From positions 9,755 through 73,754 of the forward strand of contig JBJDYP010000071.1 of NCBI GenBank assembly GCA_051867435.1: a stretch of DNA of 64,000 nucleotides. The letters are read 5' to 3'. Of this stretch, positions 49,812 through 59,330 are shown piece after piece. The number at the start of each line of letters is the position of its first letter. The stretch's first letter is position 1. The stretch comes from Faecousia sp. (GTDB lineage Bacteria; Bacillota; Clostridia; Oscillospirales; Oscillospiraceae). The notes beneath the pieces are model-generated. The model was not told the DNA's origin. It made no database searches and saw only the letters and a list, made by a program, of their open reading frames with translations. A program made the translations under genes and the position numbers.

Positions 49812-51965
49812 ATGGATGACCTGTTTCACAACTTAAACGAAGCCCAGATCGAGGCCGTGACCGCCACGGAAGGGTTTGTCCGGGTGGTGGCAGGTGCCGG
49901 CTCCGGCAAAACCCGGGCGCTGTCCCACCGGTTTGCCTACCTGGTCAACGAACTGGGCATACTCCCCGGCAACATCCTCTGTGTGACCTTTACCAACAAG
50001 TCCGCCAACGAGATGCGCCAGCGGATCCACAACCTGACCGGCGACAACGACACCGGCTACATCAACACCTTTCACGGCTTCTGCGTGTCCGTTTTGCAGG
50101 AGGACAGCTACGCGGTGCAGTATCCCAGGAGTTTTCTGGTGCTGGACAACTCGGACATTGACGCCATGCTCCGCATCATCTACGAGGAACGCCAGCTTTC
50201 CATGCGGGATATGACCTTCGGCGCCGCCAGGGACATGATCGAGATCCAGAAGCTGCAGCGCAAGCCGGAATACTACCTGGATCTGATCCATATGTCCATT
50301 GAGGAGCTGCAGCGCAAGTATCTGTCTGCCTCCGGCACGGACGACATCATTTTCTACGGCTACCTTTACCAGCAGAAGAAGTGCTTCGGTCTGGACTACA
50401 ACGACCTCATCAAGTTCTCCCTGTACATCTTCAAAGAGAACGAGGAGATCCGCCTGAAATGGCAGCAGCGGCTGGAATACATCATGATCGACGAATTTCA
50501 GGACATTGACGCGCTGCAGTACGAGCTGATGGAGGTGCTGTGCGCCTACCACAAGAATCTGTTCATTGTTGGCGACCCGGATCAGACCATCTACACCTGG
50601 CGCGGCGCCAATGTAAAATATCTGATGGAATTCGACAAGGCATTTCCCGATGTGAAGACCATCCTGATGATGAAAAACTACCGTTCCACCCCGCAGATCA
50701 TCGAGGTTGCCAACTCGCTGATCGAAAAGAACCAGTACCGCATCCCCAAGCGGCTGCTTCCCACCCTGGACGGCGGCTGCCCCGTGATCTGCCACCACGC
50801 GGAAAACCAGGAGCGGGAAGCGGGATGGATCGCGGCGCAGATCGGGCAGTTGCGGGAGCAGGGCATCCCCTACCGGGATATGACCGTGCTGTACCGGGCC
50901 CACTATGTGAGCCGCAGCATCGAAGAAGTCTTCCTGAAGGCCAAGATCCCCTACGCGATTTACAGCGGCGTCCAGTTTTTCTGCCGCGCGGAGATCAAGG
51001 ACGCCCTGTCCTACCTGCGGATGGTGGTCTGCCGGGATGACCTGTCCTTTCTGCGGATCGCCAACCTGCCCAAGCGGAATCTGGGCAAACGCAGGATGGA
51101 GTTTTTGCAGGATTACGCCGGGAAGAATCACTGCACCCTGCTGGAAGCCCTCCAGGAAACCATCGAGGATCCCATCTTCAAGGGTACCGGCGCCAGATCC
51201 TTTCTGTCGATGGTGGAGCGCTTCGGCGCGGAATATACGGCCCGTCCGGTGTCCGAGCTGCTGTCTGCCCTTCTGGACGCCAGCGGCTATGAAAAAATGC
51301 TCCGCACCGAGGGCAGCCAGGAGCGGCTGGACAATCTGGCGGAGCTGAAGCAGTCCGTTTATGAATTTGAGACCTCCTGCGGTGAGGAAGCCACCGCCGA
51401 GCATTACCTGACCCATGTTGCCCTGTTCACCAACGCAGACGCGGAGGATCACCGGGATCAGGTGAAGCTGATGACCGTCCACAGCGCCAAGGGACTGGAA
51501 TTTCCCTATGTGTTCCTCTGCGGCATGAACGAGGGTGTATTTCCCACCCGCAAGACCCGCACCCTGCCCGCCATGGAGGAGGAACGGCGGCTGGCCTTCG
51601 TTGCCCTGACCCGGGCAGAAAAGGCGCTGTACCTGTCGGAAGCGGAAGGGCGGAACTTCGACGGTTCCCCCCGCTACCCTTCCCGGTTCCTGCTGGACAT
51701 CGATCCCGGTCTGCTCACCTACACGGAAACACCCCGGGAGGGGCTGATCGAGGAAGCGAGAGCCTACATCCGCTATCAGACCCGGGGGCTCACGGACGGC
51801 GAAGCGCCCTCCTGTCTGGAGCCCGGCACCAGGGTGCGCCACAGTGTGTTCGGTACCGGAACCATCCAGTCGGTGGATACGGACAGAAACGCCTATCTCA
51901 TTCACTTCGACACCATGCAGACCCCCCGGGTAATCACCTTCCGGGCAAAGCTGGAAACCCTGTAG
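49812..51965 (+). CDS. UvrD/PcrA family SF1 helicase
   Basis: AGAGSGKT, TFTNKSA, DEFQD, GDPDQTIY, NYRST, HSAKGLEF and EERRL; C-terminal Tudor-like RVRHSVFG.G. Confidence 0.95.
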   Translation: MDDLFHNLNEAQIEAVTATEGFVRVVAGAGSGKTRALSHRFAYLVNELGILPGNILCVTFTNKSANEMRQRIHNLTGDNDTGYINTFHGFCVSVLQEDSYAVQYPRSFLVLDNSDIDAMLRIIYEERQLSMRDMTFGAARDMIEIQKLQRKPEYYLDLIHMSIEELQRKYLSASGTDDIIFYGYLYQQKKCFGLDYNDLIKFSLYIFKENEEIRLKWQQRLEYIMIDEFQDIDALQYELMEVLCAYHKNLFIVGDPDQTIYTWRGANVKYLMEFDKAFPDVKTILMMKNYRSTPQIIEVANSLIEKNQYRIPKRLLPTLDGGCPVICHHAENQEREAGWIAAQIGQLREQGIPYRDMTVLYRAHYVSRSIEEVFLKAKIPYAIYSGVQFFCRAEIKDALSYLRMVVCRDDLSFLRIANLPKRNLGKRRMEFLQDYAGKNHCTLLEALQETIEDPIFKGTGARSFLSMVERFGAEYTARPVSELLSALLDASGYEKMLRTEGSQERLDNLAELKQSVYEFETSCGEEATAEHYLTHVALFTNADAEDHRDQVKLMTVHSAKGLEFPYVFLCGMNEGVFPTRKTRTLPAMEEERRLAFVALTRAEKALYLSEAEGRNFDGSPRYPSRFLLDIDPGLLTYTETPREGLIEEARAYIRYQTRGLTDGEAPSCLEPGTRVRHSVFGTGTIQSVDTDRNAYLIHFDTMQTPRVITFRAKLETL

Positions 51966-52016
51966 CGCGGCGCAGGGATACAATCGGTTTGTCGATTTTT
52001 TCCGCAAAATGGAAGA

Positions 52017-52057
52017 TTCCCCGAAAAAGCAAGGAAAAGCCTCGCTTTTTCGGGGAA
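52017..52057. terminator. Hairpin between convergent genes
   Basis: TTCCCCGAAAAAGC...GCTTTTTCGGGGAA. Confidence 0.7.
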
Positions 52058-52102
52058 ATTTTTGTTGGGTTCGGGCGAAGCCGGTTCAAAGCGGTTGGCT
52101 TT

Positions 52103-53821
52103 TTACTTCTTATAGAAGCTGTTGCCGCCGATGAATTCCCGCAGCAGGCTGGTGGGCGGGATCTCGTCATCCACATCCGCTTCCTGCACATAGTTCAGGA
52201 TCTTGACGATGGAACGCACCTCGTCATAGTAGGGATCCTCCGGGGTAATGGCATCCAGCAGGGGGAAAATGTGCTTTTTCAGCACCGCCAGCTCATAGAC
52301 CAGGGAGCTGTTGAAGATCACATCCGCGTTCTCCTGGAAAGGGAAGATCCACCGTTCTTCTCCCCGGCGCACGGAGTCCCACATGGACAGCGTGCGGGAA
52401 ACGGAGGAATTCCGGGTCTCGTAGTCCCGGACGATCCGGCGCAGCAGCCGCAGGTAGCTGGTGCCGATGCGGTTGTGATTGTCCAGATTCAGGGGGTACA
52501 GGGCGCTGACATACACCCGGAACACCAGATTCCGGTCCACATTGTCCGGCAGCATCACGGGATTCAGTCCGTGCAGACCCTCCACGATGATGATGGAGTC
52601 CTGCCCCAAATTCAGGTACTTGTCGGTCTTGACCCGCCTGCCGGTGGTGAAGTCAAACCGGGGCAGATTCACCGTCTCACCCCGAAGCAGGGCGGACAGA
52701 TGTTCCCGGAACAGCTCGGTGTCGATGGTGTTGATATGCTCCAGATCCACGGTGCCGTCAGGTCCCGGCGCGATCTTGTCCCGGTCCAGGTAATAGTCGT
52801 CCAGGCTCATGAGAATGGGCTTTTTGCCGTGTACCCGGAGCTGCACCGCCAGGCGGTTGGCGCTGGTGGTCTTGCCGGAGGAAGAGGGGCCTGCCAGCAG
52901 CACCGCTTTGGCGTTCCGTTCCACGATCCGGTCCGCGATCTGGGAGAAGCTGCGCTCATGCAGCGCCTCGTTCACCCGGATCAGCTCTCCCAGCTTGCCC
53001 CTGCGCACCAGCTCGTTCAGATCCGCCACGGTATCGCAGTCCATCAGGGCGCACCAGCGCTCGCTCTCCGCAAATACCGCGGAGAAATTGGGCATTTCCT
53101 GATACCGTGCCACCTGATCCGCGTTCCGGGGATCCGGGTAGATGAGCTGCACACCGTTTTTCCCGTCGGAGATCAGATCCCACACGGAGAAATAGCCGGT
53201 GGAGGGCATCATTTCGCCGTAGAAATAGTCCATATAGTCCCCATAGCGGTACACATCGAAATAGGGCGTTTCCCGCCACTCCAGCAGCCGTGCCTTGTCC
53301 TCCTGCCCATCGGCGGCAAAGGTTTTCACCGCCTCCGCGGTGGAGATCCTGCCGCGAAGCAGGGGAATGTCTTCCTCCACCAGATCCCGCATGGCCTTCT
53401 TCAGCACAGGAACCCGGTCGGGCCCGAAAGCAGGCTCCATCGCAATGGTGGCGTTCAGGGAATTGCCCACGGTGAAGTTGATCTTGCCCACGGCGCCGGG
53501 AAACACCTTACGCAACGCGGCAAACAGCACAAACTGGGCCGTTCTGGCATACACCTGCCTGCCCCGGCTGTCCTTATAACGCAGCAGGGTGACCTTGCCG
53601 CCGGAGGCTGCCATGGCGGCACGGGTGGACACGGTACCGTCCTCCGCCGTATCCTTCAGCCGTTCGGGAATATAGTTCAGCGTGAAGGTCTCGCCGGCGA
53701 TCCGGGCTGCCAGGGGTCTTTGGGAAAGGATCTCACTGTCCCATCCGTTTTCCCGCACCACATCCAGCAGGGTCTTGCCGGGCTGCACATTCACTTCATT
53801 GCCGTCGATCCATAGTTTCAT
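52103..53821 (-). CDS. Nucleoside (uridine-type) kinase fused to a ThrRS-like N-terminal region
   Basis: C-terminal AGPSSSGKTT, SLDDYY, EGLHGLNP, RRIVRD and SLLREFIG; N-terminal ThrRS N1/N2-like segment (DYFYG.M.PSTG). Confidence 0.85.
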   Translation of the reverse strand: MKLWIDGNEVNVQPGKTLLDVVRENGWDSEILSQRPLAARIAGETFTLNYIPERLKDTAEDGTVSTRAAMAASGGKVTLLRYKDSRGRQVYARTAQFVLFAALRKVFPGAVGKINFTVGNSLNATIAMEPAFGPDRVPVLKKAMRDLVEEDIPLLRGRISTAEAVKTFAADGQEDKARLLEWRETPYFDVYRYGDYMDYFYGEMMPSTGYFSVWDLISDGKNGVQLIYPDPRNADQVARYQEMPNFSAVFAESERWCALMDCDTVADLNELVRRGKLGELIRVNEALHERSFSQIADRIVERNAKAVLLAGPSSSGKTTSANRLAVQLRVHGKKPILMSLDDYYLDRDKIAPGPDGTVDLEHINTIDTELFREHLSALLRGETVNLPRFDFTTGRRVKTDKYLNLGQDSIIIVEGLHGLNPVMLPDNVDRNLVFRVYVSALYPLNLDNHNRIGTSYLRLLRRIVRDYETRNSSVSRTLSMWDSVRRGEERWIFPFQENADVIFNSSLVYELAVLKKHIFPLLDAITPEDPYYDEVRSIVKILNYVQEADVDDEIPPTSLLREFIGGNSFYKK

Positions 53822-53938
53822 AAGCGCACCTCGCAGATTTTCAACAAATTTGATGATTTATTATATCACTTTTTTGTTGAAAACGCAACACATTTCTGTA
53901 GGAAGGTTCCGAAGTCGCAGGGTACGCAAAATCTGGGG

Positions 53939-55201
53939 TCAGGATCCCTTTCTGGAGGGCAGCAGGAGGCTGCCGTCCTTCAGCGTCACCGTATGGGCGA
54001 TGGGCTTCCACTCCCCTTTCCAGAACAGCGCAGCCAGAGAGATGGGCACATATGTCAGCATGAACAAAGGGAACGTGAACATATACAGCAGCTTTTTGAC
54101 CGGGGATGCGTGGATCTTCTTCCACTCCGTCAGGGTGGTCACCGCGCCCATGACAAAAACCGTCAGTCCCATGTTCAGCACCAGTCCCAATATGGAGACT
54201 GCCGCCGCCCGCAGGTCTCCGCCCAGAATCAGCCCCCGGCAGCACAGGAACAAATTGCACACAATGGAGATAGCGGAGAGAATGTACGCCGGCATGATGG
54301 TCATGCACATATCGAAGCAGGAGAAGCTGCCCTTCCCCACGCCCTGCACCAGCCTGCCGCCGTAGCGTCCGAAGACCTGCAGATACCCCTTCGACCAGCG
54401 GAGCCGCTGATGCCAGGACTGGCTGAATTTTCTGGGCTGCTCGTCGAAGAATTCCGCCTCCGGGCAGAAGGTGATTTTCTCCCCGGCAATGATTTGGTCG
54501 ATGGAAAACTCAATATCCTCCGTCAGCGTATGGAAGGGCCAGTCCCCGATGCGGTCGGAAACCTCCCTGCTGAACAGGAAGCCGGTGCCGGAAACATTGC
54601 AGCTTGTCCCCAGCAGGGTTCTGGCATAGTGCAGGTATTTGCTCTCCCGCAGGAACCAAAGCCCGTAGCCGGCGCTGATCCAGTTGTCCCCGTAGTTTTT
54701 GCTGTTGCGGTAGGAGGTGACGATGGCGTTCCCCTGGGAGAAGGTGGCGTTCATCCGCTCCACATAGTTATTCATCAGCACATTGTCCGCGTCAAAGACA
54801 AAATAGCCGTCGAAGCCCTCCGGGAAATCCCGCCGGATGTTCCGGCGGAGCGCCTCCAGCGCGTATCCCTTTCCCACATGGGTTTTGTCAAACCGGGTAT
54901 AGACCCGCGCGCCCTTTTGGGCGGCGATTTCCGCCGTGTTGTCCGTGCAGTTGTCCGCCATGACGAAGACCCGGAGCAGGCTTTGATCGTAGGTCTGGGC
55001 GTGGATGCTGTCCAGCAGGTCGCCGATCACTGCCGCCTCATTTCTGGCGCAGATCAGAAAGGCGAAGCGGTTTTCCTTCGGAGTCTGGGTCTGCGCTTTT
55101 GGCTTGCGCAGCCAAACCAGCGGGATATAGGCGAACTGATAGGCATAGCACAGCAAAAACAGCAGCGCGATCAGGGTATTCAGCGCGTTGAGAGTATTCA
55201 T
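53939..55201 (-). CDS. Family 2 glycosyltransferase, membrane-bound
   Basis: ARNE, DNCTD, DAD, TED and QRLRW, with terminal TM helices. Confidence 0.92.
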   Translation of the reverse strand: MNTLNALNTLIALLFLLCYAYQFAYIPLVWLRKPKAQTQTPKENRFAFLICARNEAAVIGDLLDSIHAQTYDQSLLRVFVMADNCTDNTAEIAAQKGARVYTRFDKTHVGKGYALEALRRNIRRDFPEGFDGYFVFDADNVLMNNYVERMNATFSQGNAIVTSYRNSKNYGDNWISAGYGLWFLRESKYLHYARTLLGTSCNVSGTGFLFSREVSDRIGDWPFHTLTEDIEFSIDQIIAGEKITFCPEAEFFDEQPRKFSQSWHQRLRWSKGYLQVFGRYGGRLVQGVGKGSFSCFDMCMTIMPAYILSAISIVCNLFLCCRGLILGGDLRAAAVSILGLVLNMGLTVFVMGAVTTLTEWKKIHASPVKKLLYMFTFPLFMLTYVPISLAALFWKGEWKPIAHTVTLKDGSLLLPSRKGS

Positions 55202-55357
55202 GGTTTCTCTTCCTTTCCGGGTGAATCTGCCATTATTGTAGTCCGTCCCGGATTAAAAAAATAGTCGGAAGAAGGTTATGGTTTTCTTAAGAATGAGAAT
55301 AAATCCCTCCGGCGCATTTGCTTCGTGTTCTTAACGGAGAAATGTATGGGGTGCATT

Positions 55358-55387
55358 ACCGGAAGGTCGTTTGACCTTCCGGTTTTT
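55358..55387. terminator. Hairpin at the element end, downstream of the recombinase
   Basis: ACCGGAAGGTC-gttt-GACCTTCCGGT followed by TTTT. Confidence 0.7.
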
Positions 55388-55391
55388 GCGT

Positions 55392-57053
55392 TTAGGCAGC
55401 TTTCCCGTCTGCCGTCACCGCAGTGGCTGCCATCGTGGCAGTCACTGCTTTTTGTTTGGGCATCTGGAAGGTATAGTGAATCATGATGGTGTTTCCACAG
55501 GTACGGGAATACTTTTCTTCCTTCTCGTACACCTCGATGCACCGGATGAATACCCGAAGCAGTTCGGGAGTCAGCCTGGGCATCTCAATGTATACCCTTG
55601 CGTTCTCCATAAACTCTCTGACATACTGTTCCCGGAGATCCATCTCGCAGATTCTTGCCGTGATGGATTCCAGTTCCTGTTTCAGTTCTGCCTGCTCCTG
55701 TTCGTAGCCACTTGCCATGGTATCGTACCGTTCCGGGGAGATCCGACCGCAAACCCTATCCTCATAGAGACATCGGCTGATATTGTCCAGATCCTTGATT
55801 CTGGCTTGGATCTGCGCTCTCTGCCGTGCCACAGTATCGTAGAACTTCTTAGCTTCCGCTTCGCCGTTCTCCATTGCCATGGCATAGAATTCATCCGGCT
55901 TTTCTCTGGCGAATGCAGTCATTTTCTTGAGGCTACTCAGCACCACATTTTCCAGAACAGATTCCCGGATATAGTGGGCAGTGCAGTCGGTAGTCCGTCT
56001 TTGGAATCCACCGCACTGGAAGTGGTTGTTCTCCGTCTTGATGGTCTTGCCCCGGTGGAGGTATAACCGCTTTCCGCAGTCACCGCAGAAAACATAGCCA
56101 GCGAATTTGTCCACCTCACCCTGCTTATCAGGACGCTTACGGCCTGCGAAGTGCTTTTGCACCAGATCGAAGGTCTTGCGGTCAACGATGGCTTCATGGG
56201 TATTCTCGAAGATCAGAATGTTCTCCGGGTCATTCTTCAGCCGCTTCTTCAACCTGTTAGACTTGGAGTAGGTCTTAAAGTTGACCGTGTCACCCACATA
56301 CTCACGGTTTGCCAGAATTTTCCGCACACTGTTTTGCGCCCAGTGATAGGGGCGATCCAGATTCGGTTGCCCGGAACGATTGCCAGTTCTCTGGAACAGG
56401 TACATGCCAGGGCAGACGATCTTTTCCGCAGACAGGGCATCGCAGATCTTTACGATCCCGATTCCGTTGGCATACATATCAAAGATCCGTCTTACCACAG
56501 GCGCTGTTTCCGGGTTGGGAACCAGCTTCTTGGGATTCTCCGGGTCACGCATGAAACCGTAAGGAGTTGCCGTACTGATTCTTTCGCCGCGCTCGCCCTT
56601 GGCTTTGATGACTGCCCGGATCTTCCGACTGGTATCTCTGGCATAGAAATCGTTGAAGTAATTCTTGATGCCGGAAAAGTCGCTGATACCGTTGGCACTG
56701 TCCACACCGTCATTGATGGCGATGAACCGCACATCGTACTGGGGAAAGGTCATCTCCATCAGCATACCCGTCTGGAGATAATCTCTGCCCAGCCGGGACT
56801 GGTCTTTGACGATGACCATTCCCACCTTACCTGCCTGGATATCTGCCATCATTTCCTGGAAGCCAGGGCGGTCAAAGTTGGCACCGCTGTATCCGTCATC
56901 CACATAGAATTTGCAGTTACGGAAACCGTGGTCATCGGCGTACTTCTGGAGGATCAGCTTCTGATTTCGGATCGAGTTGGATTCGCCTTGCAGGAGATCT
57001 TCCTGGGAGAGTCTGGCGTAGAGACCGGTGATTAAATTTTCGGTTGATTTCAT
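55392..57053 (-). CDS. Large serine recombinase (TnpX-like)
   Basis: YARLS, SI.NQ, DDGYSG, KDQSRLGRD, recombinase domain, Zn ribbon CGDCG and coiled coil. Start ATG 57053 after AAAGGA. Confidence 0.95.
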   Translation of the reverse strand: MKSTENLITGLYARLSQEDLLQGESNSIRNQKLILQKYADDHGFRNCKFYVDDGYSGANFDRPGFQEMMADIQAGKVGMVIVKDQSRLGRDYLQTGMLMEMTFPQYDVRFIAINDGVDSANGISDFSGIKNYFNDFYARDTSRKIRAVIKAKGERGERISTATPYGFMRDPENPKKLVPNPETAPVVRRIFDMYANGIGIVKICDALSAEKIVCPGMYLFQRTGNRSGQPNLDRPYHWAQNSVRKILANREYVGDTVNFKTYSKSNRLKKRLKNDPENILIFENTHEAIVDRKTFDLVQKHFAGRKRPDKQGEVDKFAGYVFCGDCGKRLYLHRGKTIKTENNHFQCGGFQRRTTDCTAHYIRESVLENVVLSSLKKMTAFAREKPDEFYAMAMENGEAEAKKFYDTVARQRAQIQARIKDLDNISRCLYEDRVCGRISPERYDTMASGYEQEQAELKQELESITARICEMDLREQYVREFMENARVYIEMPRLTPELLRVFIRCIEVYEKEEKYSRTCGNTIMIHYTFQMPKQKAVTATMAATAVTADGKAA

Positions 57054-57162
57054 AATTTTCAATAATTCCTTTCCGAACCGGGTGCGGTTCTGTAAATCAA
57101 ACCGAGTAGGATGTACACCCAACATATCACTACCCGGTCTGAAAGTCTAGCGGCAATATCCA

Positions 57163-57366
57163 CTAAGATTGCTTGCCGTTAATGAGGTATTCCAGCTTGT
57201 CCTGTACCGTTTCCGGGCGGTAATTGCCATCGGCAAAAGGTACAACGGAAATGACCTTGTAGGTTATGCCGTCCACCATCACTTCATCTTCGATGTAGCG
57301 GTGGCGGCGGCGGTATGCGGTTGAATGGATATCGCTTTGGATTTCGTCAAAAATGTTTTGATTCAA
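57163..57366 (-). CDS. TnpW-like small transposon protein (TTG start)
   Basis: DGITYKVISV...ETVQDKLEYLI pattern; lies directly upstream of the recombinase. Confidence 0.6.
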   Translation of the reverse strand: MNQNIFDEIQSDIHSTAYRRRHRYIEDEVMVDGITYKVISVVPFADGNYRPETVQDKLEYLINGKQS

Positions 57367-57407
57367 TATTATCCCTTTCTCCCAAGTTTTGGGGGTGGGC
57401 AGCAGGC

Positions 57408-58883
57408 TTACATCGCCTGCTGCCAAGTGTGTTCTTCTTCCTCTGCTTCCAGTTGAGCCAGGAATTCATTGAAGTCCTGCTCGTCCTGGATTGCTTGTTC
57501 TTCGGTCTGGGGTTCGTCCTTGGTCAGTGCCATGGCTGCGCCGATGGCAAAACCGAGGATCGCGCCGACATTGGAGCCAGCCTGTTCCGCTTCGATACGC
57601 TTGCGGCGTTCTTCAGGATCTTCGCTGTCATCCTCAATCAGCCCACCCAGTGCTGCAAGGCCAGACAGACCAGCACGGACAGGGTTACGGAGCTGACTGC
57701 TGTGCCGATGATGATTTTCTTGAGTTTGCTTTCCAGCCGTTCCACCAGTTGCAGAATGTCTTTGCGATTTTCGGAGAGCAGATCGGATGTTCTCGAAAAA
57801 TTCTGCTCTCTCACGCTCCCATCCTGTTGCAGGGTACTGCGGATGGAGCTCGTCTGCTCCCGCAGTTCCGCTCGGATGGTATGCAGTTGCCGCTCCTGCA
57901 TCTGCTGGCATTCCTGCCGGGTCATCCGCTGTCGAATGAGCCGGTACAGCTCCGGCTGAAACTCGGATGCATTCTTCAGAAGTTCCATCTCTGCGTTTAG
58001 CCATTTCTCCGGGATAGCGTACACCACCGTCTGATACGGAACCTGCTCCCGGACTTCCATAGCCTGTCCGTTGGCTTGGATCAGGGCTTCCAGAGAGGTA
58101 GCGGTCATATTGTTGTTTTCGTAATCGGAATTCATTTTCAAAATTTCCTTTCAAATATCGTTCGTGGTGCAGACGGCTGCCCCTGCACTTCATTCCATTG
58201 GGACAGGTGAAGGTAATATCTTTTCTTTCGTCTGTCCACTTGACTTCATAGCCTTTGCGCTTCATTAGGATGATGAAATCTTCTTTGCTTTGACTTTTCT
58301 TCATGGCATTCCCAATGTCATACATCAGCCGGAACTTCCAGCTTTGGCCTTTATGCGCCGCACGATATTCTCGGGCAGACATTTTCTGACCGCCGCCCTC
58401 GTACTTGGGCAGTACAGAGAAGCCATGTGCCATACAGATATCATCACTGACCTGCCGCAGATACTTCAGCGTGTTTGGGTCTTGCCGCAGTTTTAGCCCA
58501 GTCTCAAAGTTCACGGAGTTGATGATGAAATGGGAATGGATGTGGCTGGCATCGCAATGAGTGGTGACGAGAACTTCCGCACCTGGCCAGGCACGCATCG
58601 CAAATTCCTTTGCTACCTCATGTGCTTGCCGGGGTGTGATATTCTCCGTAGGCTTGAAGGACTGCACATACTGATAGAAGTTGATGCCATCCATTTTGCC
58701 GTGTGCCGCCTTAGTCGCTTCAAACTCCAGAACGGAATTCAGTCCGTCACAGTTGATGCCGCTGACCAATCTGCTTTGCGATTGTTCATCCCAGGTCTTG
58801 TCTTCCCGCATGCAGTAGTCCATCACGGCTCGCATAGCACTGAGGTGCTGCTTGGTTTCCCGGATATAGGTCACAGTTGCGAT
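57408..58883 (-). CDS. MOB-P family relaxase (probable ATC start at 58883; first canonical start GTG 58874)
   Basis: Motif I Tyr (VMDYC), motif II QSF.P.E and HUH motif THCDASHIHSHFIINS; overlaps the mobC end. Confidence 0.92.
   Translation of the reverse strand: MATVTYIRETKQHLSAMRAVMDYCMREDKTWDEQSQSRLVSGINCDGLNSVLEFEATKAAHGKMDGINFYQYVQSFKPTENITPRQAHEVAKEFAMRAWPGAEVLVTTHCDASHIHSHFIINSVNFETGLKLRQDPNTLKYLRQVSDDICMAHGFSVLPKYEGGGQKMSAREYRAAHKGQSWKFRLMYDIGNAMKKSQSKEDFIILMKRKGYEVKWTDERKDITFTCPNGMKCRGSRLHHERYLKGNFENEFRLRKQQYDRYLSGSPDPSQRTGYGSPGAGSVSDGGVRYPGEMAKRRDGTSEECIRVSAGAVPAHSTADDPAGMPADAGAATAYHPSGTAGADELHPQYPATGWERERAEFFENIRSALRKSQRHSATGGTAGKQTQENHHRHSSQLRNPVRAGLSGLAALGGLIEDDSEDPEERRKRIEAEQAGSNVGAILGFAIGAAMALTKDEPQTEEQAIQDEQDFNEFLAQLEAEEEEHTWQQAM
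57638..58135 (-). CDS. Overprinted gene inside the relaxase: coiled-coil protein with C-terminal TM helix (MobB-like)
   Basis: 165-codon alternative frame, AAAGGA RBS, Q/E/R/L-rich helix, then KKIIIGTAVSSVTLSVLVCLAL. Confidence 0.65.
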   Translation of the reverse strand: MNSDYENNNMTATSLEALIQANGQAMEVREQVPYQTVVYAIPEKWLNAEMELLKNASEFQPELYRLIRQRMTRQECQQMQERQLHTIRAELREQTSSIRSTLQQDGSVREQNFSRTSDLLSENRKDILQLVERLESKLKKIIIGTAVSSVTLSVLVCLALQHWVG

Positions 58884-59206
58884 GCGGCATCACCTCCCCG
58901 GCTGATGCGGTAGAGTTCCTCGTAGATATTCGTTTGCAACTCAATGACCTCCTGGAAATTGTACGAGGTGAACGCACCTGCATTGATCTTCATGGAGATC
59001 TGATTGAGATTGTTGCCAATGCGCTTCAGCTCGGTGATAAGGGGACGAGTGTCCTCGGCAACATGAATCTCCTTCAGCAGAGAAGAAGCTACGATATAGT
59101 CGGTCAGGCTCATACGAGCCTTAGCAGCATTCCTGACGATTGCATCCTTCTCCGCTGCCGTGAGTCGGATGGTGAGGGTCACATCCCTCTTGCGATTTTC
59201 GCTCAT
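58871..59206 (-). CDS. mobC: Relaxosome accessory protein MobC (RHH)
   Basis: RKR...TIRLT..EK and ELKRIGNNLNQI; GGAGG RBS before ATG 59206. Confidence 0.92.
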   Translation of the reverse strand: MSENRKRDVTLTIRLTAAEKDAIVRNAAKARMSLTDYIVASSLLKEIHVAEDTRPLITELKRIGNNLNQISMKINAGAFTSYNFQEVIELQTNIYEELYRISRGGDAASQL

Positions 59207-59235
59207 ATTTACCTCCGTTTTCTTAGTAATGAGTG

Positions 59236-59330
59236 GGTCCGGGCTTCCGCCCGGTTCTCCCCTTTGGGGTTGGGGGTGCGGCAGGTGGACAGCCAGACGC
59301 TCTGCTTGCCCCAGACAAGGTCTGGGAAAA
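59236..59330. promoter_or_regulatory. Putative oriT
   Basis: Non-coding GC-rich region upstream of mobC with hairpins (CCGGGC-ttcc-GCCCGG; CCCAGAC-aag-GTCTGGG) and TGCTTGCC, which resembles the Firmicutes MOB-P nic core. Confidence 0.55.

Noticed and set aside
49812-51965. UvrD helicase as part of a defence system
   Set aside because: Stand-alone PcrA-like architecture with no adjacent nuclease or ATPase partner.
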